From positions 29,532,356 to 29,596,355 of the forward strand of contig NC_068982.1 in NCBI RefSeq assembly GCF_001194135.2: a DNA stretch of 64,000 nucleotides. Direction: 5' to 3'. The DNA is from Octopus bimaculoides. Its lineage: Eukaryota. The notes below the pieces were generated by a model, which searched no databases, was not told the origin of the DNA, and saw only the letters and a list, made by a program, of their open reading frames with translations. Below, one piece after another: positions 23,055-37,884 of this stretch. The translations under genes and the position numbers were made by a program. Position 1 is the first letter of the stretch. The number at the start of each line of letters is the position of its first letter.

Positions 23055-24759
23055 ATAAGTGGGTAAATTGATTGCATCAACCCCAGTACTCAACCGGCAT
23101 TTACTTCATTGACACCAAAAGGATGAAAGTCAAAATCAATTTCGGTGGTATTTGAACTCAGAAAGTAAAGATGGATGAAATGCTATAAAGCATTTTGCTT
23201 GGCATATAAATGATTCTGCTAGGTTACCACCTATCATGTCTTCACAGAATACTGGAAATGAATAACGTTGCTTGTATGGACAGTGACATTCAATTACAAC
23301 TGTCACATGATATCAAAACAAAGAGACATAACATACACACACACACACACATACATATATATATGTATAATGGGCTTTTCTCAGTACACATCTATCTGTT
23401 TCTGTCAATCAACACCACAAGGGTTTTTGTTGGTCAGGGCTATTGTAGAAGACATTTATCCAAGATGTCATGAAGCGGGTCTGAACCCAGAACCTCCTTA
23501 ATTCCCTGACCACATAGTCACACCTGCTTCTACTGTAAAACATGAAGCACATGCCAACTCAAAAATGAGCCTACCGTCACCAAGACTAGTGAGAAATTCA
23601 GGGATAATTTGTATGCTCAATATCAACCTATTCCAATCAAAATCAATGGGGAGCCAAGGAACAACCTGAATTTTCAAAATAAATCTAAAACACTTGCAAC
23701 ATAAACAATACAACATACATAAGCCAAAAGCCAAAATGAAGGCCTCTATGTGGTCACATGGACTGCTGGAAATAACAACTAAATATTTGACAACCACTGT
23801 ACCAACTTTAAATAAAACATTGCATTTGACTAAGTATTTTAGGATATATTTAAAAAAAGACAGGTGGGCATAGTTGGAGTGTCTTTCATCACTGGTCTGC
23901 TCAATCAAGGCTGATCTGGGGTTTAAAACAGCTGTATCATAAATCCATTTTGTTGGACTCTGATACTAACATTCCCATAACAGGAATTTCTTTAAACATG
24001 AAAAGAAGCAACGATTTTCAATTATGAGTATGAGGGATGAGTGGAGCAATAGGGAAGGGAAAATCAGAAATGAGTTAATTATTTGGAGATTTAATATAAT
24101 GGGAAAACGAATAAACAAATATACAAAAAAAAAATGTAAGGAAAGAAGAAAAGGATATAAAAAGATAAGGATGATGGTAACGATAGCGATGATGACTGTG
24201 ATGATGATCATAGTTATAATTATGATGGCGATGAAACAGAGAACCACTGTGATCACAACAATAAAGAAAATTCTACTAATGATGATGATGATGGGATGAT
24301 GGGAAAGTGTGCAGAGTATTTTAAAGTACCACAACTGTAGCAATATCAGCAAAATATTGAAGATAAAACACAACTTAAATTCCTGCTACCAATTGCGAGA
24401 TATGGAAAATAGAAGAGAAACATCTAGAAAAATATTTAAAAGCATAAAAAAAAGAAAAACAAAAAAGAAAGAGACATAAACATTATAGTTTGATTGATTT
24501 TTAACTCAGAAAATATCTAATTTGAAGGAAAAGATTTTGCATGTTTTAAATTAAATTTGTAAAATTAGAATTAATTTAAAATGAACAGCATTGCCACATA
24601 CACACGCATTATATACTCATATACATGTATGTATATGTTTATTTGTGAGAATATATGTGTGTGTGTGTGTGTGAAACATAATTATCGACCAAATGAAATT
24701 ATTACATATATATACATATACATTTCTGATTATGTATAAACACTTTTATCTGTAAACCC

Positions 24760-24790
<31 letters not shown>

Positions 24791-24809
24791 CATATGCATT
24801 TACATACAT

Positions 24810-24844
<35 letters not shown>

Positions 24845-25288
24845 CACAACACATAAACACACATACACACGCATACACATACATACACACACATAAACAC
24901 GCACAGATATATACATGATATTTTGTATTATATATATTATATTAAAGCAATTTATACAGTTCGGATAATTTCTTTTTCTGAAAACATCAAACATCAAATG
25001 TAGTATATATTGTGAAATGATAATTGGAAACTATTTTCTCAGTGGAAATAATTTTAATGGTGTCATTCATGTAGCAAGTGTTTGTTGGTGAAATGGAAGG
25101 TTACACTCGGAAATGTGATTAAAAGTTAATATTTTTGTTTAGCAATTTTTCTACTTTTAAATGGGTACATGTCTGTGAGTGTATGTGCACGCACACGCAT
25201 GCACACACACACACACACACACACACATAAATATGTGTGCATGTTTGTGTGTGTATAGATATATATGTATATATATGTATATGTATAG

Positions 25289-25332
<44 letters not shown>

Positions 25333-25403
25333 GAATTTATGTAGAAAAATACATATTTATNNNNNNNNNNNNNNNNNNNNNNNNNNNNNNNTATATATAG
25401 CAT

Positions 25404-25632
25404 CCTCATCATCGTTTAACGTCTGCTTTACATGCTAGCATGGGTTGGACGATTTGACTGAGGACTGGCGAACCAGATGGTTGTGCCAGGCTCCAATCTG
25501 ATCTGGTAGAGTTTCTACAGCTGGATGCCCTTCCTAACGCCAACCACTCCGAGAGTGTAGTGGGTGCTTTTACTTGCCGCCGGCATGAGGGCCAGTCAGG
25601 CTGTACTGCCAACAGCCACGCTCAAATGGTGT
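25404..25632 (-). mobile_element. Family C RTE-type 3' UTR copy, followed by an older related copy at about 25640-25900
   Basis: CATCATCGTTTAACGTCTGCTTTACATGCTAGCATGGGTTGGACG..GGATGCCCTTCCTAACGCCAACCACTCCGAGAG. Confidence 0.85.
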
Positions 25633-26617
25633 ATTTTACGTGCCATCATCATTGTTTCACGTCTGCCTTCCATGCTGGCATGACAGGAGCTGGCCTGGTA
25701 GGAGCCTGCACCAGACTTCTGTGTCTGTTTTGGCAAGGTTTTTTTTATGTATGGACGATGCCATTCTTGACACCAACTACTGAACAGAGTGGACTGGGTA
25801 CTTTTTACATGGCACAAATACAGGTGAGGTTAGTTTTTCTATCGTTTTTACAGCTGAATGCCCTTCCAAATGCCCACCACTTTACAGAGTGAACTGGATG
25901 CCGTTTATGCATTTATGTATGTGTGGATTTATGTTTGCATTTGTCACTGTCCCACTGCTTAACAACTGGTGTTGGTTCGCTTACATTATTGGAATGTAGC
26001 AGTTCAGCTAAAACGATCAATAGAATAAGTACCACACTTAAAAACAAGTCCTTTAAGGTGGAGCCCCAGGATTGTCACAGTCTAATGACTGAAACAAGTA
26101 CCAGATAAAAGACTATTTTGTTGAAAGTGTAGGTTAGAAATAGATGGCCATCCTTGACTACATAGTAGAGTTAGAAAACTCCTGGCTTTTGTCCTTTTCT
26201 TCAGCCAGTTCTGTATCACTGAATAATATAAGCTTAGCATGTCAGATATCCGCACAAGATACAAGCAGCTTACTCATTTTAATGTGTGGAGACGTGGGGT
26301 AAAGGACAATCTTTGATATTGGTGAGGCTTTCATCAACAGGATTTCTGACATAAATTTTGGAAAATAGAAAACTATCTTATGAAGCAACAACAATTACTG
26401 AGGGAGATTAGAGAGTCTGAGACCCAAGTGCTTTTAGTGGTTTTTGAAAGGTTTTCATTAAGGATTGTTCACATGTATGGCAAGAGAACGGTTATCTTAA
26501 CAATAGCCGTTTCTTTGCATTGTTTAAAGAAACTAGGTTACTGAAGGATATTTTGAATGACCACTTATACCGATGTTAGTTTTATTGTTACCCACATCAG
26601 CTTCTCCTACCTTCACA

Positions 26618-26651
<34 letters not shown>

Positions 26652-26903
26652 TAATTGTAAGTGAATGAATATATATATATATATAACTATCATAGTCATT
26701 ATCATTTAATATTCATGTTCCATGCTGGCATGGGTTGAACAGTTTGATAGGAACTGATGCATCCTAGAACTTTATTGAGTTTCAATGTCTGCTTTGGCAT
26801 TGTTTTTATGACTGGATGCCCTTCCTAAAGCCAAGCACTTTACAGTATGGACTGAATGCTTTTTTCATGCCATCCACACTATTGAAGTCACCATGCAGTT
26901 TGC

Positions 26904-26952
<49 letters not shown>

Positions 26953-27130
26953 TTGCGTTCAGATTTATTTGTCAAAAGCAATCCTTATTTATTCACATAA
27001 AAAAAAAATTTATCTGATATTATTTTGTAGCTTANNNNNNNNNNNNNNNNNNNNNNNNNNNNNNNNNNNNNNNNNNNNNNNNNNNNNNNNNNNNNNNNNN
27101 NNNNNNNNNNNNNNNNNNNNATATTATATA

Positions 27131-27165
<35 letters not shown>

Positions 27166-27345
27166 CGTGGCCAATGCTCAATGGCCAATGGCAAAGGGAG
27201 ATAATCACCTAGTGAGGCATTTCCCACTCTACATTTTGAAGAGGTCTTAGGCCACCAGTGTTTGGGGTCTGAAGACATGTCATAAGGCTAAACCCCTTAT
27301 GAGTAAGAGACCCAGGGTAACCCCATAAACCAGTCTCCCCCATTA

Positions 27346-27382
<37 letters not shown>

Positions 27383-28485
27383 TGTGTGTGTGTGTGTAAT
27401 ATATATATATGTGTGCAATTTCATAAAATCAATTCATTCATGTACAGCATTGTGCATTATTTGATTTTTCCAAATATGTTTTTAATAGACCAGAGTTATA
27501 CAACCAGATTATTGATATATATATCTATATGTAGGGGTGGACAAGCACACATGTAGACTTATGTGTGTGTGTGTGTATATTACTATACTTATATTCAGGT
27601 AAATATCATGCACGTATAATTATATGTCTTCTCTCTTTCTCTCGCACACATGCATACACAACATATACACAATATACAGATGCATATCTGTAATTATAGG
27701 AAATGGCTATTTAACACTAATTTTTTTAAATGACTGACGATAATTTATTTAATTCAAGTAGATTAAAGTTAGAGAATATTTGCTCAAATCACATCTGTTA
27801 ATTAAACATAGCAATATGCTGCAAGTTCTTCTCAAAAACCTGTCTTTTTATAATCTTACTTGAATTTCAACAACCCATATGAAGAATAATATCTCTACTT
27901 TAAACTGTCATTTTTACTTGTTTTGTCTTTCTAATTCAGCTTCTAAGATCTACAGATTCTTTGTACTCATTCCTTGATTTTTCAAATTTAATTTCGATAT
28001 CAATAATTTAATAATCCACCTACCTCTACCCAGTATTTCCTCAATAAACTTTAAAACTTTATTAAGTTTTAGAATAAATAGTTACTGACACAAGAAGAAT
28101 ATGGTGTAAGGCATAATTTATTCTTGATGTTTGCTTGAAATTGGTTATGTAAGTTATGCAATGAGTAACCAGAATACATGGCAGTTGCTTGTTTTGCCAT
28201 TGCAAAATCATTTCTTTTTTATTGTTTATTTCCATGTCTTAACTGTGACAGATTAAGTAGGACCTGTCCAATGAATAAATAGAATTTGAGAGAGAGACTA
28301 ATGGATGTTAATGGTAATTAATCATTGTATGCAAGAGTGATAATTACAATTCTTGAATAATTTAAACGGACAATATGTATATATGTGTGTACATGTTTGC
28401 ATATGTGTACACACACACACACACACGGGCTTTCATTCTTCTGTGCTATATTTTACAGTACAAACATATACATATATATACATAC

Positions 28486-28535
<50 letters not shown>

Positions 28536-28784
28536 ATATATATATGTNNNNNNNNNNNNNNNNNNNNNNNNNNNNNNNNNNNNNNNNNNNNNNNNNNNNN
28601 NNNNNNNNNNNNNNNNNNNNNNNNNNNNNNNNNNNNNNNNNNNNNNNNNNNNNNNNNNNNNNNNNNNNNNNNNNNNNNNNNNNNNNNNNNNNNNNNNNNN
28701 NNNNNNNNNNNNNNNNNNNNNNNNNNNNNNNNNNNNNNNNNNNNNNNNNNNNNNNNNNNNNNNNNNNNNNNNNNNNNNNNNNNN

Positions 28785-28819
<35 letters not shown>

Positions 28820-29294
28820 ATGATAAAAGATTTCTTGAGCATTAGCATAACATATAGGAGAACACTGTTTTGCAAAATTAAACATTATTTTGAAAGCTAA
28901 AATTATAGATAAATGGTAGATAAAAATTTTACTGGGTTGAGAAACATGGAAGCATGCTTTTAACTAATTTGTTCCAACTAATTCTAACATGGAAAATCCT
29001 GTATCAAATCAATAATGATGATTATGAGGACATTATGGAAAAATATTATAATTTGACATCTTTACTAATCCAGCATTAGTTAGTCTTTTCTAACTTATGA
29101 TTTTATTTATTTATACAGTCATAAGGCAGCAAGCTGGCAAAATCATTAGTATACTGGACAAAATGCTTAACAGTATTTTGCCTGCTGCTACATTCTGAGT
29201 TCAAATTCTGCTGAGGCTGACTTTGCCTTTCATGCTTTCAGGGCCAATAAAATAAGTACCAGTTTAGCACTGTGATGTTGGGTGGACAAACACA

Positions 29295-29335
<41 letters not shown>

Positions 29336-29374
29336 GATGGGCTTTTTCAGTTTCCGTCTACCAAATTCAAGTGT

Positions 29375-29730
29375 GGGTTGATGCCAGTTCCGCCTGACTG
29401 GCAGTCGTGCTGGTGGCACATACTAAGCATCATTCAAGCATTGGTTGATGCCAGTGCCGCTTGACTGGCTCCCCATGCTGATGGCATGTAAAAAGCACCA
29501 TCTGAAAGTGGTCGATGCCAGTGCCGCCTGACTGGCTCCCATGCTGGTGGCACGTAAAATGCACCTACTACAATCTCAGAATGGTTGGCATTAGGAAGGG
29601 TATCCAACTGTATAAACCTTGCCAGATCAGATTGGAGCCTGGTGCAGCCTACTGGCTTGCCAGTCCCCAGTCAAACCGTCCAACCTATGCTAGCATAGAA
29701 AATGGACGTTAAATGATGATGATGATGATG
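29375..29730 (+). mobile_element. Family C RTE-type 3' UTR copy with three internal subrepeats
   Basis: GATGCCAGT(T/G)CCGC(C/T)TGACTGGC unit at about 29380, 29447 and 29514; ends GCTAGCATAGAAAATGGACGTTAAATGATGATGATG. Confidence 0.85.
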
Positions 29731-31139
29731 TACTTATGTATGTATGTGTTTATATCAGCATCTCTTTGGTTTGACATTGCTTGATGGTTGTAAATGAGTG
29801 TCTCTGTCATGCAAGTGGTGTCCTTTATTTTCAAGTAATGTGTAATATAGTAACTGTAATTTTTAAATTAAAGTACTTTAAAGAAAATATCTAAGTTCTG
29901 TGTTAGCATTGTATCATAGTATATTACTATACTGTGATGTAGAAATTCATAATCAATTTTCGTTTTTTGTAGGTTATCAGTCATTGTTTTTACTTTTAAT
30001 GAATTATCAGTTCAATTTAATTTGATTAATTATGCAACAAGAGAGTGAAAAGAGACCTAGTTTAGCTTGTTATTGGATTTGCTTTTGTACCTGATTAATG
30101 AGCAGGTCATATAACTTATTATTAGTATAAATTAACCGCAATAAAATAACCAATTAGAATTCTTTTGTTTTCTCGAATTCTTTCAAGTATAAAATGTGAG
30201 TAACAACTGAAGGAGAGGGAGAGAGATTTATTCAAAATTACTTAATTGTTCAGTATTTTGGTATCTAGAAATAGTTTGCACACCTATACAATGTGTTAGG
30301 TGTTATTAAAATGCAAACAGTCTATATTTTCATGCAACCAAACTAAACTTGCTATTTTAAAATCAATTCTGATACTCTCTCTTGATATTTGAACCAGATA
30401 TTGATTTATTTGGTGTCTAGATACAGCTGGTGCAGTACAAACAGAGCTTAGAGAATTAGCATTAAATTCTATACAAGAAGAATAAATAAGAATTCAGTTG
30501 ATGAAAAAAAAATAATTGAAACAAAAAATAAAAACCGAAACATGATTAAAAAAAAAATCATGAAAAACTCCATCTTGGTAATGCTTACTAAATATTTGAC
30601 TCTCCTTTCTTTTAAATTACCACTAAAGTAGAAAATGATATTAATTAAATTTATTGTTGATTGTCAGCATATAAATATATTTAAAAAATAATACTCTCAA
30701 TTAGAATGTTGATGTTTTCTCAACACTGATAGAATTATCATGAGGGGAAAAGATATTTCACCTTTTCTATGTAACACTTATATATGAATTAAACATTTCC
30801 TTAAATTACAGATCAAATTAATAATGCAAACTAGAAAATTAACTCTATGTTGCTCTATTTTAGTCATGAATTGTTATTCCATATAGGAATAAATAAATTC
30901 ATTGCCTAAAGTGGATCTTGAAAAATAAGTGAAAAATTGCAAAACAAAAATCATTATTGATATTTGTTGATATTGTTTTATATTTTATTCAGGTTTTATA
31001 ATAGGGAAAAATTAAGTATGCTTTCATAATGGGTTAAAAGGTCATACAATGCTATGGAAACAATCAGCCATAGTTTTTAAACAGAATACAGCATATGAGT
31101 ATCATTACAATTATAAATAAATTGAAATTGGTACTTTTA

Positions 31140-31329
31140 TTCATTAGCCTATGGCAATGCTGGAGCACTGCCTTGAAAAGTTTTAGTTGAGCCAATTGAT
31201 CCCAGTAGTTATATTTTTAAAGCCTGGTAGTTATTCTATCAGTCTCTTTTGCCAAAATGCTAAGTTATGGGGATTTAAAAACACCAACACTGGTTGTTAA
31301 GTTGTGGTGAAGGACAAACACAGACACAA

Positions 31330-31369
<40 letters not shown>

Positions 31370-31550
31370 ACACACACACACACATGTGCATGCACATATG
31401 ACAGGCTTCTTTCAGTTTTCATAAACCAAATCTGCTCACAAGGTTTTGATCAGCTCAAGGTTATAGTAAAAGACACTTGCCTAATGTGTCATGCAGTGGG
31501 ACTGAACCTGGAATCATGTGACTGGGAAGCAAAACACCTATGCTTGTGCC
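31140..31550 (-). mobile_element. SINE family B, diverged full-length copy
   Basis: GCTGGAGCACTGCC..GATCCCAG..AACACCAACACTGGTTGT..(CA)n..GACAGGCTTCTTTCAGTTT..GACACTTGCC..GGGACTGAACC. Confidence 0.8.
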
Positions 31551-31589
31551 TTTTAAAAAAAAAAAACCTTTTATTCAATAAAACTTCAG

Positions 31590-31995
31590 CAATGGCTGTG
31601 TCCAAATATAGCTATAAGTGTGTGGTTAAGAAACTCACTTTGCAACCATATGATTTCAGGTTCAATTCCACTATGCAATATCTTGGGCAAATATCTTCCA
31701 CTATGGCTCTGAGCCAACCAATGCTTTGTGAGTGAATTTAGGAGGCAGAAATTCATGGAAGTTCATCACGAGTATGTATGTATAAATAACCATTTGTGTT
31801 TGTAACTCATCCCTCCACCCAGTGCTTGACAACTGGTACTAGTTTGTTTATGTCTCTGTAACTTCACAGTTCAGCAAAGGAGACCGATAGACTAAGTACC
31901 GGGCTTAAAAAATAAATACTGGAGTTGATGTCATCAACTGAATTCTTCAAGATGGTGCCCCAGTATGACCACAGCCAAATGGCTGAAACAAGTAA
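31590..31995 (+). mobile_element. SINE family B, diverged full-length copy
   Basis: GTGTGTGGTTAAGAAACT..GGTTCAATTCC..TCTTGGGCAAAT..GCTTGACAACTGG..GACCGATAGACTAAGTAC..ATGGCTGAAACAAGTAAAA. Confidence 0.8.
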
Positions 31996-33178
31996 AAAAA
32001 ATTCAAGTTTGACATATAGCTTAGGAATTTTATTAAGTTGCAGTCAGGTTCATTTTTATTTTATTTGTTTCAACACTTGAAATACTTCAGCTCTGATTAC
32101 TTATGTTGGATGGGATTCAAACTGTATGATGTCCATATGAATTATGTGTAACGCGTTCAGCCATAATCCTTACTACAAACAAACCTTAACTTGTTAATAA
32201 ATCTTTATACCCTAATAACTTCTATCTTACATTTAATATTTGTTTACATTCACAATTATGCCAAACATGCCAGAATTTATTTTATATGTGATCTGACAAC
32301 ATATTTTATAACCATGTTGAGCACTGTAATGATTTCTAAATGTTTGTTTTATTGCTTCTTGATCTAGTGCATTAGGAAACTAGATGCCTATCCATTTAGT
32401 GGAGCCATATTGGAATAAATTCTTTTTACATATTAATACACTTGTTTTTTTGTAAAAGCTGCATATAATAACACTCACATGTATGCTTTTATTGTAATTA
32501 CTGAGCACATGGTTGTCCATATAAATGTGTTTAGCTTTCTTCAGCAGAATATTGATTTATTTCCTGAAAATAATAAATAATTTAAAAAGCTATTTATTAT
32601 TTATCCGCTATTATAACTTATTTGAGAATCACACATGCTCCTTCTAGGTCTTCAATAAATAAATCTGTCTCCAAGTATTAACCCTAACTTACAAGTTCTT
32701 CTTTTCTCCCTTTTTCTATTTCATGACTTATTTTCTTTTATTTGTTCACTGAGTCTCTATATTCCTTTCAATGCTCCAGTTACAAATCTATGAAGATTCA
32801 CAAAAGGTCGAATGTTTGGTGTAGGCCTGGCTGTATGGTTAAGAAGCTCTCTTTGCAACGATGTGGTGACAGGTTCAGTTCCATTGAGTGGTACCTCATG
32901 TGTGTTCTATGATAACACTGAGCTGACCAGTGACGTCTGAGTGAATTTGGTTGAGAAAGACTATGTGAAAGCCTGTCACATATACATACATACATATCAT
33001 GATGATGGGATGAAAGAAGCACAGGCATCACAATCTTAGCAGTGAATATTCAGGAAGAAAATTTGTCATACATTAAGCATATAATGTAGACTCAACTTTG
33101 AATCTAGGACCCAAGCTGATTTTCTGAGACAATGTTTTGAAAGAAAGGTCTTATATGCCATCAAATATTGCAATATCT

Positions 33179-33500
33179 GGCACTCCATCGGTTCCAGTTG
33201 ATCTGAGTAGTCCACAGACATGCATATCCTTAACCCTTTAGCATTCAGATTACTTCGTCAAATGTAATGCTTATTTATTCACATTATTTTGAATTTATCC
33301 TCCATAATTTTGTAACCTTTAAATTTCAGTGATGTGATAATTTATGTTTAAACTGACATTCTAGGGTGGGTGTAAGAGATCTGGGTAGATTTGGCATAAA
33401 GCATGTAGAATATTTATGCTGGACATGGCCAGTTTAAATGCTAAAGGGCTTATGTAGTTCTTAGGGAGATTCAGTATGACACAGAATGTGAAAAAAGGCT
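33179..33500 (-). mobile_element. SINE family D copy interrupted by a piggyBac-type MITE
   Basis: Left part GGCACTCCATCGG..TCCACAGACATGCATATCCTTAA and right part TGTAGTTCTTAGGGAGATTCAG..GGCTGGCCCTTTGAATTACAG are colinear with 62045-62225. Confidence 0.75.
33234..33448 (+). mobile_element. piggyBac-type MITE (family E)
   Basis: TTAA CCCTTTAGCATT..AATGCTAAAGGG then CTTA (decayed TTAA); 12-bp perfect TIR. Confidence 0.85.
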
Positions 33501-33634
33501 GGCCCTTTGAATTACAGATTCTTTTACTTGATTCAGTCATTTGACTGCAGCCATGCTGGAGCACCACCTTTAGTCGAACAAATTGTCATATCTATATATC
33601 TATTTATCTCTCTCTCTCTCTCTCTTTCTCTATG

Positions 33635-33679
<45 letters not shown>

Positions 33680-34990
33680 CAGGCTTCTTTCAGTTTCCAT
33701 CTACCAAATTCACTCAGAAGGCTTTGGTCAGTCCAAGCAGAACCATGTCATTAGAAAGCAAGTTTCTTATGCCTGCACTTGTGTACCATGCTTTTGCTAA
33801 TTATTTTAGTTGCCTGCCAAGTTAGAAGCAGACATATAAACCCACTTGGACCCCCTCCCCATCCCTAATCCATTGGAATACTCAGGGTATGTCAATTAGA
33901 GGAAGTGATGGCTGATGTAGATGTCTCTTTCTCCAGCTGTCATATTCTGGAGGTTCCACCCAGTTATTTCTTATTGAACTTCATTAGATTGAAGCAACAT
34001 GAAAAGAACATCAAAGACCCAATGCAGAAACTAGTGCAGGAACTGAACCCATGACCATAAGATCATGAGTTGAACACTTTAACCACTAGGTCACATGACC
34101 TCACTATCTATTATTATAGTATAGCAGTTTCTGATAGCTAAGCTGTATAAGAAATCATCTTATAATGTACGAGATGACATAGTTCTTGACACATAGTCAA
34201 CAGTAAGATAATATTGCCTGACAATATAATGGTTTTAAGTCAAACTTGATTAAAAGACAACTGTCAGTTTGTGAGCTAATTCACATATTACGTGTTTGTA
34301 GTGTTATAACCATCACCCTTATGAAATCTCAAATTTTATTGCCATCATAGCGAGATTTCTGTGGAGTTTCGTGCACTAATAAATTAGAAAGAACAGTGAT
34401 TAATAAATCTATTCTTCAGTAATTAATAAGCTTATTGTTTATCATCATATGAAGATCTTATCTAAATGATGATAAGTAAAAGTTCAAATAATATTAAGTC
34501 TAAAACTCAATTTTCATAACTGGTTGTTCATAATGAAATTCGAACCACGAAGTATAAGTGGGATTAATGAAGTCGTGATAAAGTGTTTTCCTCAAAACAT
34601 CAGTAAACTTATTCTGACTGGAAATCAAGAGAAAGCTTGATTATTAAAAAAGGGCTTTAACCACCACCCTGCCAAACAAACAGTAATAATAGATCACAAA
34701 GAAGTGAAAGCCTTTGGAAATGTTCAATGCAAAATGAATCTAATGAAATTCTTGAACACTTGAGAACAACTCAAATATGCTTGAATCTTTCAGTCTTTCA
34801 CATAAGTATACATAAACACATGCATCTCTTTCTATATATATGTGTGTGTGTGTGTGTGTGAGTGTGTGTGTGTGTGTGTGCGTGTGCGTGCGTGCGTGTG
34901 TGTGTGTATATATATATATGATTATGCACATATATATATGGATATCTATCTGTCTGTCTGTCAATATGTAGACGGAAACCAAAAGCCTGT

Positions 34991-35036
<46 letters not shown>

Positions 35037-35899
35037 NNNNNNNNNNNNNNNNNNNNNNNNNNNNNNNNNNNNNNNNNNNNNNNNNNNNNNNNNNNNNNNN
35101 NNNNNNNNNNNNNNNNNNNNNNNNNNNNNNNNNNNNNNNNNNNNNNNNNNNNNNNNNNNNNNNNNNNNNNNNNNNNNNNNNNNNNNNNNNNNNNNNNNNN
35201 NNNNNNNNNNNNNNNNNNNNNNNNNNNNNNNNNNNNNNNNNNNNNNNNNNNNNNNNNNNNNNNNNNNNNNNNNNNNNNNNNNNNNNNNNNNNNNNNNNNN
35301 NNNNNNNNNNNNNNNNNNNNNNNNNNNNNNNNNNNNNNNNNNNNNNNNNNNNNNNNNNNNNNNNNNNNNNNNNNNNNNNNNNNNNNNNNNNNNNNNNNNN
35401 NNNNNNNNNNNNNNNNNNNNNNNNNNNNNNNNNNNNNNNNNNNNNNNNNNNNNNNNNNNNNNNNNNNNNNNNNNNNNNNNNNNNNNNNNNNNNNNNNNNN
35501 NNNNNNNNNNNNNNNNNNNNNNNNNNNCTTAATTCTTTCTAGCTCTTCCTTGTACTCTTTCGTTTTGTTTCGAAATGTTTGTTTTATCTGTTTATTTATA
35601 TTTATCAATGTTTTCTAAGCTAACACACAAAATGTTATAATTTCCTAGTTTTATTTCTTTCTTTGATTTTCTTTTTTTCCTCATGTTTCTCTTCTCTTTG
35701 TTTCTGCTATAACAAGGTAACCAGCCACTGGGTGAATGAAAACTGTAACTTTAGAGTCGATGAGGAACATTAAATTAATATCTCTACACATCTACACACA
35801 CACACACACACGCACGCACATTCAAATATACGTATATGGATACATGAGACAGATATGTAAATAATGTGTGTTAGTGTGCGTGTTTAAATAAATAAATAA

Positions 35900-36220
35900 A
35901 TAAATAAATGTTATTGAACACACATAATCAGTGTATGTGCTCTGCTTGTTCGCCAGAAGGCAGTGATTTGATGCAGTAGCAATAACTGCCACAAAATGTC
36001 AGGTGTTAAAAACCCTGAAAAACATAGACAAGGAAGATAACCCATCCCAGATCCCATCCAGGAGCAATGGACTTCGATGTTTTGCCATTTTTGTGGCTTA
36101 TCAACATCATGTACCAAAACTGAATTGGATGTAAACTGAATAGCCTCTTCCACGACTATATACAAGATAGTGTCAAAACCAACTGGGCTATGTCCTAATG
36201 ATGCATATAGAGGGATAAAT
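35900..36220 (-). mobile_element. RTE-like LINE 3' end relic
   Basis: Minus-strand ..DIAQL..(W)EEAIQFTSNSVLVHDV resembles the RTE terminus W.EA..LA.DR..W; frameshifted. Confidence 0.4.
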
Positions 36221-36513
36221 TCAAATATGAATTAGAAGCAGTGGTAGTGTTGTAAACTTGCTAGTTCACTGGTAGGCTATCACTTGATGCAGCAGAGACA
36301 ACTCTTTCAAAGTGCATATATACACGTGAGTATATACACACATGTGTATACACACACATAAACATACATATATATGCACACACACACACACATGCATATA
36401 TATATTTTGCTGAACAAAGCCTTGTGAGCAGCTTTGGTTGATGGAGACTGATATATAATATATATATATATGTATATATATATATATGTATACTTATATT
36501 TATGTATATATGT

Positions 36514-36555
<42 letters not shown>

Positions 36556-37653
36556 NNNNNNNNNNNNNNNNNNNNNNNNNNNNNNNNNNNNNNNNNNNNN
36601 NNNNNNNNNNNNNNNNNNNNNNNNNNNNNNNNNNNNNNNNNNNNNNNNNNNNNNNNNNNNNNNNNNNNNNNNNNNNNNNNNNNNNNNNNNNNNNNNNNNN
36701 NNNNNNNNNNNNNNNNNNNNNNNNNNNNNNNNNNNNNNNNNNNNNNNNNNNNNNNNNNNNNNNNNNNNNNNNNNNNNNNNNNNNNNNNNNNNNNNNNNNN
36801 NNNNNNNNNNNNNNNNNNNNNNNNNNNNNNNNNNNNNNNNNNNNNNNNNNNNNNNNNNATCTTTGCCTTGATTTCATGTGATGGTTGTAAACAGATGTCA
36901 GTGTTGTGCAAGCAGTGTCCTTCATTTTCAATCTTCCATATAAGCATATCTGATTATGAGGATTATTACCTTACTCCTGAACAAGCATTTGTAAAAATAT
37001 GTCTGGCCGTGGGACAATATTACCTTGCTTGAAAACGGGACGGGCATCCGACCAATAAAAACATCTACCTCAATAATCTCTGTGCAACCCATGGAAGCAT
37101 GGAAAAATGGATGTTAAGATGATGATGATAATGATGATGATGATGATGATGATGATAGTTATGATGATGATAATAATGATGATTTATTTTCCCATGTCAT
37201 AAATAATTGATGGAGTTTTGAAAATGTTGAAATTAGTGAGTAAAATGTCAAACTGATATTTTTAATGCTAGAAGCTCTTCTCTCTGTTTACCATGTAGCT
37301 TATCATCATCAACATCATTGTTTAATGTTTGTTTTCCAGGCTGGCATGGGCTGGATGGTTTGGTTTGACAGAAACTGGTTAGCCGGAGAAATGCATTAGG
37401 GTCCAATTGTCTGTTTTGGCATGATTTTTATGACTTGATGCCCTTCCTAATGTCAACCACTCTACAAAGTGTGATTTTTACGTGCCACTGGCACAAAACC
37501 ATTTCTGTGACACTGGCATGAGTGCATTTTATGTGGTACCAGCATCTGCAAGACAAAAATCTCTCTGCTAGGAGAAGAAGTTGAGGCATGACCATAAAGT
37601 ATATGCCTGTACATAAGGATGGCCACAGTTTTAGTTATGAGACAGAAATGCAT

Positions 37654-37884
37654 ATTTCTTTATTGCCCACAAGGGGCTAAACATAGAGGGGACAAACAAG
37701 GACAGACAAATGGATTAAGTCGATTACATCGACCCCAGTGCGTAACTGATACTTAATTTATCGACCTCAAAAGGATGAAAGGCAAAGTCGACCTCGGTGG
37801 AATTTGAACTCAGAATGTAACGGCAGATAAAATACCGCTAAGCATTTTGCCTGGCATGCTAATGATTCTGGCAGCTTGCCGCCC
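37654..37884 (-). mobile_element. SINE family A, full-length young copy (best reference copy)
   Basis: Minus strand starts GGGCGGCAAGCTGCCAGAATC (A-box-like), then GAGTTCAAATTCC (B box), central GCCTTTCATCCTTTTGAGGTCGATAAATTAAGT, and 3' end GCCCCTTGTGGGCAATAAAGAAAT. Confidence 0.9.
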
